Shown here in pieces: positions 45,795 through 56,337 of a DNA stretch of 64,000 bases (position 1 is the stretch's first letter; every line of letters begins with the position of its first letter). Source of the DNA: Flectonema sp. DT1601. Lineage: Eukaryota. A model generated the notes under the pieces. It was given only the letters and a program-made list of their open reading frames with translations. It ran no database searches and was not told where the DNA came from. The DNA lies in contig OZ025783.1 in NCBI GenBank assembly GCA_964019425.1, positions 186,001 through 250,000 on the forward strand, given 5' to 3'. Both the position numbers and the translations under genes were made by a program.

Positions 45795-48122
45795 CTAGCA
45801 CAAGCAGATCAAGGTTGTATCTAAATTCTTCTCCGACAGACTACTCTCCCGCCCAAAGTTAATTGGGTTGAAACCGATTGTGAATGCGGTTTGGTTGTCT
45901 ACTTTCGCAGCTTCTACAAGGTATGTAAAAGCAGGTGAGGGATTCACTCTTAATTTCGCTTTTGATTCTTCCTCAATGGACAGGATTTCTTTAGAAGACA
46001 AGCGAAAGCTTGTATCCCTAAGTTTCAGCAGAAGGTCGCATTGCTGTGCTTGCTTCTGGTCATCAAGAATAGTGTACATCCATTCTTCGTTGTTAGACTG
46101 CTTCTCTGATAACAGTTCTGACATCAGGTACACTTCTTCACTGATGGTAAGTCCCAGAATCAGCATCGAGTTCACAAACCCTTCTGACTTCTTCGCCACT
46201 GATGCTGTTATCAAGATGCAAGGACTCTTAGCCTTCTGTCCCAACCAAGTTGCTGCTTGTAGCATTGGTCCAATCAATCGACTAGTGTTTCCACTAACTG
46301 CGTACGATCTCATAGTATTGGTACCAAGGTTACCGCAGATTGATGCGCTCTCGCTTTCGATAACAATGTGGTGCTTTCCCTTTAATGTGAGCGCAGCTTT
46401 GCAAGCTCTTTCATTAGAAGCACTACCAGCTCCATTCCAAGTGGCGCAGTGTAAGAGCGGCTCAGTAACAAAGAATGGATGAAGAGTTCCTTTTGTCATG
46501 TGAACAATAGATTCAAGCTGAGAGAGTGCTTCAACGAATGCCTGCACTCCCTTTGTCAGTGGTACATCAACCAACCTGACAGCCAGTGTGGTCACAGAGG
46601 TTTTGGCAATCCCAACCTTGAGTGAAGGAATTGCTACCACTGTTGATTCCATTCTACTACTTGCTTGGTCTGTTTGTCTTGTTTGATCTAATCTACGAGA
46701 GCTTCCTCGGCCATCTGAACTCTCACTCTCACTCGTTTCTAGAAACAAACTCTTCGGCAAGAATGCCTTGTACTCTTGCAAGCTAGTAACTGCAAACAAA
46801 AGTCCTCGTGAAAGATCTTGACACTCCGCAATCACACTGTTTCTGAACGGCGTAATCTTAGTTTGAGCATTTTCTAAGTCAAGGTTGCGAATATAAGACG
46901 TCGCTTTGGCTAGAGAGTGTAATGGTTTGGAAATCAACATCACTTCCACGGCTCCAATTAAAATATCAAAAGACGCCACACCAATAGCGAACACAATAAA
47001 TAATATCAAAGCTCTGTCTAACTGACTATTCACAGAACTGATACTACGAAACCACATGAGGTAAATATCATCCAGAGTATCAAGTTGATGACTCTTTAAG
47101 AAGAGATGATCCTTCATCATCCAATAACTCGAACCTCTTCGAAACTTCCTCGACGTCGTCCCGTTCAACTCGACTGCCAAATCACGAAACTCTTTCGTCA
47201 GGTTCATTAAGTACTTTTGACAAGGAGTGAACGCCGTCATCGACAGTGTCCCGGTGAAACTACAATTCCTGTTTATTTCCGCATCAGCAAAGTTCCCAGT
47301 CAGGATGACGCTGTCCAGACCTCTTCCTACTTGTGTGATCATCACTTTGGCCTCTGTCGCAAACACAGCCATGAGATCCCTCCAAGGTTCACTCAACACA
47401 TCAGTAACAGCTATTGACTGATACTCACCAAGGATATTATGATCAGGTGTTGGAGGCAACCACAGCTTATTAATGAGATACACGTAAGGATTACCGTCTC
47501 CGCTAAACCAAATAAACGGTCCCTCCCACCACGAGCTACCAGGTTCAATATTAGAGGATTCGTATCCAGCGATAGTTTCATCCGACACAATTTCCGCCGT
47601 GAAGTTGTAAATGTTCGGTCCTAGTTGTGCTGTTTCTGGTTCAGGAATGCTGTAGGTGACGGCACAAGGAAAGGGGCAAGCTGTTGTGTTGATGCTCGAA
47701 TTAACTCTTGCATTCACGTAGAACCTCACTCCATTCTTATACACATCGTACCAAACAATGTCATATATTCTCTGTGATTTGTTACTTGTATTGCGACCAT
47801 ACGCAGCTATCCCGTGTACGAGGTTACTTCGATACGTCTCCCCAACGAATCGCACAGTCGTCCACTCCTCGAACAGTTCCATACTCGAAGTGCCCTTGAA
47901 ATTACGAAGCATGTCACTCAGTCGTAATCCGTGGTTTTCTGTTACTTCGAAACTCTTCCTCCCTTCCCTCGACAACGCTTGCAAGTCTGCGAGACCAGTC
48001 TCTTCTACAGTCTTCTCGATTACTTGCAAACCCTCCAAGTACATCACCAAACCAGCAGCTACTGAAATTATAGTTGAGATCACTCCTGACGCTATCACCA
48101 TCCATGTTGTGTAAATTCTCAT
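45795..48122 (-). CDS. Receptor-type pseudo-cyclase, copy 3 (775 aa)
   Basis: Full ORF. Its downstream flank 45410-45790 is homologous to 40270-40610, which defines a tandem duplication unit. Confidence 0.82.
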   Translation of the reverse strand: MRIYTTWMVIASGVISTIISVAAGLVMYLEGLQVIEKTVEETGLADLQALSREGRKSFEVTENHGLRLSDMLRNFKGTSSMELFEEWTTVRFVGETYRSNLVHGIAAYGRNTSNKSQRIYDIVWYDVYKNGVRFYVNARVNSSINTTACPFPCAVTYSIPEPETAQLGPNIYNFTAEIVSDETIAGYESSNIEPGSSWWEGPFIWFSGDGNPYVYLINKLWLPPTPDHNILGEYQSIAVTDVLSEPWRDLMAVFATEAKVMITQVGRGLDSVILTGNFADAEINRNCSFTGTLSMTAFTPCQKYLMNLTKEFRDLAVELNGTTSRKFRRGSSYWMMKDHLFLKSHQLDTLDDIYLMWFRSISSVNSQLDRALILFIVFAIGVASFDILIGAVEVMLISKPLHSLAKATSYIRNLDLENAQTKITPFRNSVIAECQDLSRGLLFAVTSLQEYKAFLPKSLFLETSESESSDGRGSSRRLDQTRQTDQASSRMESTVVAIPSLKVGIAKTSVTTLAVRLVDVPLTKGVQAFVEALSQLESIVHMTKGTLHPFFVTEPLLHCATWNGAGSASNERACKAALTLKGKHHIVIESESASICGNLGTNTMRSYAVSGNTSRLIGPMLQAATWLGQKAKSPCILITASVAKKSEGFVNSMLILGLTISEEVYLMSELLSEKQSNNEEWMYTILDDQKQAQQCDLLLKLRDTSFRLSSKEILSIEEESKAKLRVNPSPAFTYLVEAAKVDNQTAFTIGFNPINFGRESSLSEKNLDTTLICLC

Positions 48123-49114
48123 TTTGGCTGTATAACAAAAAGTAGTGAAGAAGACACAAAAGTATAATAGACATTCAACGGTAGCATAAAAATCACACGA
48201 GCAGGTTGAACGAATTTGTGTCCCTTCGATGTCATTAGTTTTGGTACTTTTGTTTTCTCACTAGTTACACATTCTGAGCACGGGGACCATTGAGGGAAGG
48301 AACTGTTAGATCCATATCCGTACAGTGGTTTTATTTGTTACTACTTTCTTCTTTTTTTGTTTTCTTTCCCCCACCCATATTAGCTCTTTTATCCTTACGG
48401 ATACCCGTCAATGGACAGGTGCACTCAATGTTATGTCTCAAGCAAAGTGCTTGCATACTAAAAATCTTGGACTATATATTTTTCTTTCTTACTCGTGGTG
48501 CAGACTACGAGCTTTTCCTTGTGCCCAGAAACAGAACAGGAAGGATGTTTTCATAAATGGCAATTAACATTCACAACCAACGTAAGGAAATAAAGAAAGC
48601 ATCGAACCAATATGAAAAGGACCGTATACTATTGCGATAAAAGCTCTCCTCTATCACATCAATCGTTTTTAGAAAGAAAAGGTTCTGTTTGTCACCTTTT
48701 TTCCTTTTGTTTTTTTTTTTTTTTTTCTTCCTTTTTTTCGTTTCTATTCTGTTAGTTTTTTTTTTTTTTTTTTTTTTTTTTTCCTCGGACAAATGGTAAT
48801 CCCAAGAAACTCTGGGGAAGGGGAAGAAGAAAACGCGAGCTGGGAAAACCCCAAAAAAATAATTTCGTGGGTGAAAAATAAAAAAAAAATAAAAGCTCCC
48901 TTTTTTGTAAATATTCGTTCACAACAAAACGCAAAAGTTCATGAAGCAGGACTTCTCTTTGCACACAAAGGTACAAAGACTTTTTCGCTTTGACACAGCA
49001 GCAGGCAGTGAAAAAAGCGTACTTGTGCTCACTACTATAAAATAAGAAAAAAACGAGGGAAATAGATAGAACACTGCAACAATATAATAAAATGGAGAAT
49101 AGAAACAGTTTCGC

Positions 49115-51141
49115 TTAACCAGCGTGGTCCATAGGGACGGTTTGAATTTTGTTTGATGCGGAGATGCGTGACACGAATTGCTCTGGGATGTTAAGTTCGA
49201 CAGTGTCGTCGTCGTCAGTCTTTCCCGGAACGGTAACGTTCAGACAGGTGCAAGCAGAAGTGTTAATTTCAGTGTCAGTTGATTCTCTGCTGAGGTACAA
49301 CATGACTTCTGTTGACTTATCAATAGAGACTGATGGAACCTTACCAGTTACTTGAATCTCAGTTCCTTCTACAGATGTACATTCTAAAGATCCAATGCAA
49401 CTTTCAAATGAGATTTGAGTCTTTCTACATTTATCAAGAGTGATAGAGTTAACCTTTCCAATGATCTTGATGTAGGTAAATTGACATCCGTAAATGTACA
49501 CCGCGTGTGACTTGTCAACTTCAATTTCAAGTTGCTTCAGCTCAAGACGGGTACCAACTTGGTACTCACAAACCCATTTCTTACCTTCAAGAGCAAGTTT
49601 CTCTGTTCCAGTAGGAAATCCTCTTGGACCAGCACGCTTTGCTGCGGCAGCAGCCTTCTTTTTTTCCATCTCGGCTTCGTCGATTGGCTTTACCTCTCCA
49701 GTGCGGTTCTTGTGAGTCTTTTGAGAGTCGTCAACCTTCTTAAGTCCCTTACTGATATCTGTTCCTTTTGAAATCGCAGCAAACAACGCACTTTGTTCAG
49801 AAGGTGCTGCAACCTTTGATCTTGCAACTACTGCGATATCAGATGGTTTTAACTTATCACCAGTACCCCACATGAGTCCCTGTTTGTGTTCTTGAATAAC
49901 GTACTGTTCTAGAGCTTTAAGCATTGCTTTAATATTGTCTCCCCAGGTCTTTACTTTGTCGTCTCCCTTGTGAGCCATTCCAATCTTGTTTGCGTAGAAC
50001 AAAACCTGAGTACTCATTTCCTTAACCTGACCAACACAAGTTGGTACTGAGACCCATGTGATTAATTGAGCAGCCTCCTCAAAGGTTTTGATGTACAAAT
50101 CAAGATCTCTGTTCTTCTTTAACTTCTCTCCTGCTGAACCGACTTCCTCCATCAACTTGCACTGGGCACCAAGACACTCCATGAAGTCATCGTCTGCTGG
50201 CTTACTGTGAGTCTCTACTGAAGCGAGGAAGGCCCTGTTTGTTAGTTATTTAATGTTCTTGTTGCTTTACTCACATAAATAATCTGATCTCTATCACTGT
50301 TATTTGACATACCTCTGGGTCGCGAAAGCGTCTGAGAGTGTAGAGGCTATTTCAGAGAGATCCTCGTGGACATCCTATTTTGGGGATTTATAATTATTGA
50401 TAGACCTCACTACCTACATATGAATAACTGTAATAATACTAATACTAATTACATACGATAGTTGACGCCTTCATTGGAGCGACGGTCTTGAGGAACTCGT
50501 CGTACGCCTGGACGCTGTTTCCTCCGGTTGGAGCAGAACTGTTTTAATTTTGTTAATTATTTATTTCATTTTAATAGGAAAACAGTTTCTCGCTTATGAA
50601 ATGAAACATACGTCTCTTCTTCTTCAACAGCACCTCCGCTTACGCTACCCCAAGCAACTCCAGCCTTGTGGTGATCCTTTATGTATTCAGTGAGGGATTC
50701 AAGAACTGATTTGAATTCCTTAACCCAGGCAACGTGAGTTGGTTCTTTTTCTTTTGCCTCTTGAAGGACTTTGTTACCATAGAACATAGCAGCTGAGATC
50801 GTCTCAGTGACATGTCCAACTGGTGTTGGTACTGTGACCCAAGCAAGAGCCATGGCTCCTTCTTCTAGAGTTTGTGTGTATTTAGAGGTTGGGTTTCTGC
50901 TGTTGTTTGAATGAGCGCTACCAATAGCCTCCAATTGCTTGGTGGTATCGTTTAGTAGTTCTTGCAACTTATCATCACCAGGCTTCTTCATTGAGATCGC
51001 TTTCTCAATAAATACTTTCTGTGCTTCAAAACCTTTCAGGTAGCAGGCAGCTGCCTCTTTTACTCCTCCATCAAACTCGGAGTTTGCGACCCAAGGTTTT
51101 ACCTTTTCGTTAATTAGTGTTTCAAACGCTGCTACTGACAT
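49115..51141 (-). CDS. CAP: Adenylyl cyclase-associated protein (CAP/Srv2) with two tandem N-terminal helical domains. Exons 51141-50612, 50538-50457, 50374-50313, 50234-49115
   Basis: Three GT-AG introns (73, 82 and 78 nt) join the ORFs in frame. WH2-like SALFAAISKG..GLKKV..KTHKN, and CARP domain KKWVCEYQ...GKVNSITLDKC...IPEQF. Confidence 0.92.
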
Positions 51142-51403
51142 CGTAACTAATAGATCCTGTAGTGATGAAAAGATACTAAATAAAGAAACATAATATTATT
51201 ATTCAAGGAATACAGAGGAGTATATCCCCTCCAGCTTGGCATTATGTCCTAGCTTTCGAGTAAAGATTGGAGATAAGCTGGTTTCAAAGAAGAAATGGAA
51301 CAAAAAAAATGCGAATAAACGTAGTTCAGGCAACATCCAGTTTACTCAAATAACAGGAAACGTAATTACTTTTGTGAAGATTAGGTGCAGTCCTGTATGC
51401 GTA

Positions 51404-51572
51404 TCGAGCAAGCTTTTACCCTTATGCTCTAAGTGAGATTCTATTCTCACTGAGCTTGCCTTAGGACACCTGCGTCAACGTGTAACAAATCTCCAAAACG
51501 AGGGGTCACGAGCCGAAACCCGTTTGTCGCTAGAATCGGAAAAGCCACGAGTCCGAAAGGACCCTAACCTCC
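51404..51572 (-). pseudogene. Fragment of cytosolic LSU (28S) rRNA, domain V region, probably with an internal deletion near 51490
   Basis: The minus strand reads ACGCAGGTGTCCTAAGGCAAGCTCAGTGAGAATAGAATCTCACTTAGAGCATAAGGGTAAAAGCTTGCTCGAT, matching the conserved eukaryotic LSU segment. 51404-51490 is firm and 51491-51572 is tentative. Confidence 0.85.
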
Positions 51573-51621
51573 GAAGCGGCAGTGCCGTTTTATTGCAATG
51601 CAATAGCGAAAAAGAAAGGGG

Positions 51622-51777
51622 AAAAAAGAATCGGCCAACTTCACTTTTTACTTTTTTTTTTTACTCACACTCCGTTTTGTTTGTGCACAAGGTACAATCT
51701 TAATAAAAGAATAAGATTGAATAACGCTGCCTCAATTCCTTACCACCGAACAAAATAGGCTTGTAGGTACAAAGAAA
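51622..51777. repeat. Dispersed ~160-bp repeat, copy 2 (see 9974-10140)
   Basis: Collinear blocks shared with 9974-10140. Confidence 0.8.
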
Positions 51778-52094
51778 CTATTCCATGGCAGACAGTACTA
51801 CTGAGTGCACAGGAAAATAGATAACATTTTGACATAATAAATAAACAGCTCTTAATCTGAATAGCTTCTTCTCCGTCGTCGGTGCAAAAGAAAGGGGGGT
51901 AACGTGATCCTATGATTAAATATAGGTAGATAAGGCTAATACATTGCGTACTGTGCATCGCTGATACAGCAAACTACAGAGCATCGGGCTAACTCCCTAG
52001 AGCTACGAGGAGCAACGTAATTAGAGTTATAAAGCAACTTGAAACTGGCTAAAGCAAATAGGGTTAAAGACACCAACAGTTGGTATCGAGAAAA

Positions 52095-52173
52095 TCCCAT
52101 ATGTGCTGTCGAATATGGGGATTCGGGGGCCACGTACTACAGGTTGAACGCCATGCTGTAGCCCCGTTGCAGC
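52095..52173 (+). ncRNA. Candidate structured RNA motif, copy 3
   Basis: tcccat..gctgt-cgaat-atgggg-attcg-ggggcc-acgta[ctacag..ctgtag]cccc-gtt-gcagc. Both long-range pairings carry compensatory changes relative to copy 1. Confidence 0.5.
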
Positions 52174-52321
52174 TTAAGACTAGTATTTCGTTACACTTCA
52201 AAATCAAATAAATAATAAAGGAAAATTTTTAGAATGAAAAACTAGATAATTTTTTACAAAATGATCAAAAAAATAATAAAATGAAATATTTCTGGTTCGT
52301 AGCACACTACCAGTGGGGGTC

Positions 52322-52396
52322 AACTGTTCGATTTTGTACGTAAAATACAAATGTATTGTATCATAAACAACATAACGATAATTTAACATTAGTTCT
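52322..52396. repeat. 75-bp repeat copy, inside a segment bounded by an 11-bp direct repeat
   Basis: Matches 36583-36657. taccagtgggg occurs at 52308-52318 and 52433-52443. Confidence 0.9.
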
Positions 52397-52510
52397 GAGA
52401 TACAGTGACTAAAGGTAATGTTAGTGTAGGTTTACCAGTGGGGTGAGAAGGGGTGAACAAAAAGATCCCGAGAGGGTAGGAGACAGAGAGAGCGTAATAA
52501 ATCTGTTCAT

Positions 52511-54787
52511 TCAGTCTCTTAGAAACTGTGGTAGAAATCTTGTGTAGTACCTAGCGATTTCACGGTGGCCCAAGTCGGAAGGGTGAGTTCCATCTACAGT
52601 CGGGTTGATAAAGAAGTTTCTATCAAACAATTCATTCTCTTCATTAAGAAACAAGTGAAGGTTCGAATCGTTAGTTTCTCTTTTAATAATATCAATCTGA
52701 TTTTCCAATGCAGTTCTTTTATTGTTATTTATTGCCGGATCACACCAGTATGAACCTTTGTTGGTACCAGCAACAAACAGTAGAGGAGTTGACGCATGTC
52801 TTCCTCCCTCAAATGATCTGATAAAATGATAAAGGGGTTGCGTCCTTTGAGTCACTTCATGCGGACTCATATTGGGAAGACAATCGATCACAAATAAACC
52901 AGCGTCGATTTGAGCTAAGAATTCCATTACTGAAGTCTCCATTAGTCCATTTCCTGCAAACCCATAATTCAAAACTTGCCTCTTAAGATTTCTTGAGAGA
53001 ATATTAGTGTAAGTTGTTCCAGGTCGGGAAGCTACACCCCCTTGATCGATTGAAGTGCCATACCATACGATTGGTTTTTTACCATAGGCCGTGACGGAGT
53101 CAGTGCTGTAATGAGGGTCTCTAATAACAGTACTCCCCCGAGGAACCGCAACAGACAAATTCAAAAACTCATTTCTCAAAGGAAGGTACAGAGCATATCT
53201 AGCACTGACTGGAGGAAGCGTTATTGCCATAATTTGATTTTCGACAACATACTTTTCAGACCATTGCTGAAGACAATGAACAGCTCTATAAATTTCAAGG
53301 TTCTCATCATATCTAAAGAGGTCTGCTCCAGACACACCAGAATTAGGCATGTGCCACAATGGAACAACATCATTCTGAACTGAATAATTTAAATACATTA
53401 CCGTAGCATTAGTTATAAAGTGTACTGCCATTCCGGTATTAAATTGACTTAGAGAGTATACGGCATCACTCACCACACCTTTTGCTGTTTTTGGTAATCT
53501 GTTGTAATATCTTTCAGTGTTGTTGAATGGTCTGTTCATGACTCCAAGCTCAAGCTCAACATCAGTGTATACTAAGTCATCTGGAATATCAGATGGATTA
53601 TTCAATAAGGGTTCACTCATTTCTATCTTTGAGATATTTCTGTTTCTTTCAATTTTTCCTCCAAACGCCTCAGGAAACTTCAACGTTGTGTTATCTTCTT
53701 TCAATATTGTTGGAAGAAATTTTGTATAAAACTGCGTCATAGCATAATGACCTAAATCTGAAGGATGTATTCCACCAACTGTTGGGTTAATTGGTTGTCT
53801 CGGATCATCTTCGATACGATAAAGTTCTCCTGCGTAGACGTAATGAAGGTCATCCATTCCTTCGTTAACGAGATATTTGTATGAAAACCAGAGAGCTTCC
53901 CATCGCTGACGTTGAACCTCTGCTGCTGATGAAGAAGTCCAAGCTGGTCCTGAGGTAGTACTCTCCGCAAGGATGATCGGTGTGTTCGGTAACGCAGAAC
54001 GGATTTGTTTCACCAATGGAACTGCTCTCTGTGATATAGAAGCAGGATCCATATTCCATTCACAGTCAATAACAAATATCGCTGGTGTTGGTTTCACATC
54101 CACTAGGAAGTTCGTTACATTCTCTTCCATTAAACAACTGCCTGAAAAACCAAAATTCAGAACCTCTCTTTTAATATTTCTTCTGATGTGATTAGTAAAA
54201 GCGAATCCAGGCCTACTAACAACACCACCTTGTGTGATTGAAGTACCATACCAAAGTATTGGACGTGATTTATATTCATATGGAGCAGGTGTTATTGTAG
54301 ACTCACTTTCTATTCCAATGAATAATGACTCCAGTCCATTATATAAAGGAAAGTGAAGACGAAACTTTCTTGTACCTGAACAGAGTCCTGTTATTTGTTC
54401 TATTTCAACTCTTTGGGTTTGTTTTTGTGTTACTCCTGCCCATCTCCAAGTGTCATTACTGTTATCCCATTGGAAGAGGTCCAGTCCTGCCATACCTGAA
54501 GATGGAAAGTGCCACATAGTGTAGGTATCCGCATTATAGGTTCTATTCAACCACAGTGTTGATGAATTAGTAATGAAATCAACATAAAGTCCAGCACTGT
54601 TAGTACTCAGAGTCCAGATCACGTTCCTCACTCCCCACTTGGCATTCATCGGTAATCTGTCAGCAAATGATTCTAATTCATTAGCGTCAAAACCCCTGCC
54701 TCTGACTCCCAAATCCCTCACATCGTGCCATTCCGTAGTCGATGCTACCAATACTAATAAACTACAAAGAGCTATTAATTTTAACAT
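52511..54787 (-). CDS. Secreted tandem-duplicated SGNH/GDSL-type hydrolase (two GxDLY-like + SGNH modules)
   Basis: Signal peptide MLKLIALCSLLVLVAS from ATG 54787. Twice: G(L/A)DLF, WYGTSI.QGG..SRPG, LN(F/Y)GF.G, DC..N and HPSDLGH. Confidence 0.9.
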   Translation of the reverse strand: MLKLIALCSLLVLVASTTEWHDVRDLGVRGRGFDANELESFADRLPMNAKWGVRNVIWTLSTNSAGLYVDFITNSSTLWLNRTYNADTYTMWHFPSSGMAGLDLFQWDNSNDTWRWAGVTQKQTQRVEIEQITGLCSGTRKFRLHFPLYNGLESLFIGIESESTITPAPYEYKSRPILWYGTSITQGGVVSRPGFAFTNHIRRNIKREVLNFGFSGSCLMEENVTNFLVDVKPTPAIFVIDCEWNMDPASISQRAVPLVKQIRSALPNTPIILAESTTSGPAWTSSSAAEVQRQRWEALWFSYKYLVNEGMDDLHYVYAGELYRIEDDPRQPINPTVGGIHPSDLGHYAMTQFYTKFLPTILKEDNTTLKFPEAFGGKIERNRNISKIEMSEPLLNNPSDIPDDLVYTDVELELGVMNRPFNNTERYYNRLPKTAKGVVSDAVYSLSQFNTGMAVHFITNATVMYLNYSVQNDVVPLWHMPNSGVSGADLFRYDENLEIYRAVHCLQQWSEKYVVENQIMAITLPPVSARYALYLPLRNEFLNLSVAVPRGSTVIRDPHYSTDSVTAYGKKPIVWYGTSIDQGGVASRPGTTYTNILSRNLKRQVLNYGFAGNGLMETSVMEFLAQIDAGLFVIDCLPNMSPHEVTQRTQPLYHFIRSFEGGRHASTPLLFVAGTNKGSYWCDPAINNNKRTALENQIDIIKRETNDSNLHLFLNEENELFDRNFFINPTVDGTHPSDLGHREIARYYTRFLPQFLRD

Positions 54788-55028
54788 ATTATTGTATTGG
54801 TATCTGTTTATGAAATATGAATAGCGTATCACAATTGGTACAAAGTCTTAAGTTTTTTATTTGATTGAAAAAAAGGTAGTACTATATTACATTATAAAAG
54901 ACAGTCAACCTGTTTTGAGAGAAATGGTATACCAAAATCTCCAACAACACAACACACACACAACAAAAAAAAAAATCAATTAAATCGTCGAATATAATAG
55001 AAAAGTGTAAATATGACTTTAAACTACC

Positions 55029-56198
55029 TTATATGAATCCGCCACCTCCAGGAATGGTTGCCAATACGTTTGCGGGTAAGAAGTCAGTTGGTTTTCCTCC
55101 ATAAAATTCATATGCTCCAAATAATACAGCTCTGACTAAGAAGTTGATGCGTTGGATACTTTGAATAGCTGAAGTACATTGTGGTGATGATGGAGTTGGT
55201 ACCATCGACAATTCAAAAATAATAATCTGACGAATAACTGAGTTCGTTGTATTACACGAAGTTGGAAGTAGATTCGAACCCAACATTGCTATACCAGCAG
55301 CACAGTCTAAGAGTTCTTTATTGGCATTACCAGAACGGTATAAGTGACCTTCACAACCAAACTGGTTTACATAAATTCTATTAAAATCTTCATCAATGAA
55401 GGAATGCTTTAAAAAAACTGAAAACAGATCTGGTTGGATTGTTTCACTTCCAGAAAGCCAACCACTGAAATAATTCAAAGCCATATGCTGCCCACGTGAT
55501 AATGATCGATCTGAAATTACAGTAAAACTCCAATCTCGAGGATTTCTTGTCACCACCGGACCATCTGATACGTGATTCATTTGATCAATAGCAGGGACCA
55601 ATCCAAGAGTATCATCCTTCCATATTTGAATTCCGTGTTGTCTTGCAATTTGTAAACTCTTCTCAGCACTCTTTTCAGTGAAGTTTCTCGCTTTACATAC
55701 ATTTTTGAAAACTGACATTTCTTCAACATAGATACCATATTCAATCGTATCCCTCACAGATAAACATTTCAAATCACTCTCACTTAGTTGAATAACCGGA
55801 GCAACATTCACGTTGCTGTAATAGTTCGATAAAGGGGTTGTATCATTTATTTTGATCAGTAGGTTTAATGCTAGTTTTTGTGTTGGTGTAAGTGTGACTG
55901 AAGAAGGTGATGTCATTTTATTTGTAACAACCAAGTCTTTTGGGACCTTAATGATAATTTCCCCTTTTTTAATGTCTCTGTCAGCCACTAGAACTCTACC
56001 CGACGTTGCTGTTCCTGTCCAGATGATTTCACCTTTTAGTGTGATTCCATTTTCTTCACAAAATTGTAATAGTTGCTGTGCTCCAGTATCAGTCGGCTCT
56101 GATCCGCTTAGTACTATATCAATCTGCTGGATTCCAACCAGCATAACTACCACAGCCATGAACAACACAATAGGAGCACATAAAACCAAAGGATCCAT
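55029..56198 (-). CDS. SET-domain protein (Rubisco-LSMT/SETD3-like) with N-terminal hydrophobic anchor
   Basis: GRVLVADRDIKKGEIIIKVP, GLVPAIDQMNH and GQHMALNY. Confidence 0.8.
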   Translation of the reverse strand: MDPLVLCAPIVLFMAVVVMLVGIQQIDIVLSGSEPTDTGAQQLLQFCEENGITLKGEIIWTGTATSGRVLVADRDIKKGEIIIKVPKDLVVTNKMTSPSSVTLTPTQKLALNLLIKINDTTPLSNYYSNVNVAPVIQLSESDLKCLSVRDTIEYGIYVEEMSVFKNVCKARNFTEKSAEKSLQIARQHGIQIWKDDTLGLVPAIDQMNHVSDGPVVTRNPRDWSFTVISDRSLSRGQHMALNYFSGWLSGSETIQPDLFSVFLKHSFIDEDFNRIYVNQFGCEGHLYRSGNANKELLDCAAGIAMLGSNLLPTSCNTTNSVIRQIIIFELSMVPTPSSPQCTSAIQSIQRINFLVRAVLFGAYEFYGGKPTDFLPANVLATIPGGGGFI

Positions 56199-56337
56199 TG
56201 TGTTGTGTTTAAAGGAATTCTCTTCTTAAATGTAATAAGTTGATAGAATGTGTGTGTGGGGAAAAAAGAGAAGAAACCATCTAATCTCTCATATGACTTT
56301 CCAGGAATGGAACGACAAGAGTTCTTAATGTAGAATA

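Noticed and set aside
52125..52165. Similarity of GGGGGCCAC...GCCCC to the CPEB3/HDV ribozyme 5' end
   Set aside because: P2, P3, P1.1 and J4/2 cannot be built, and the GCCCC partner is absent in the other two copies.
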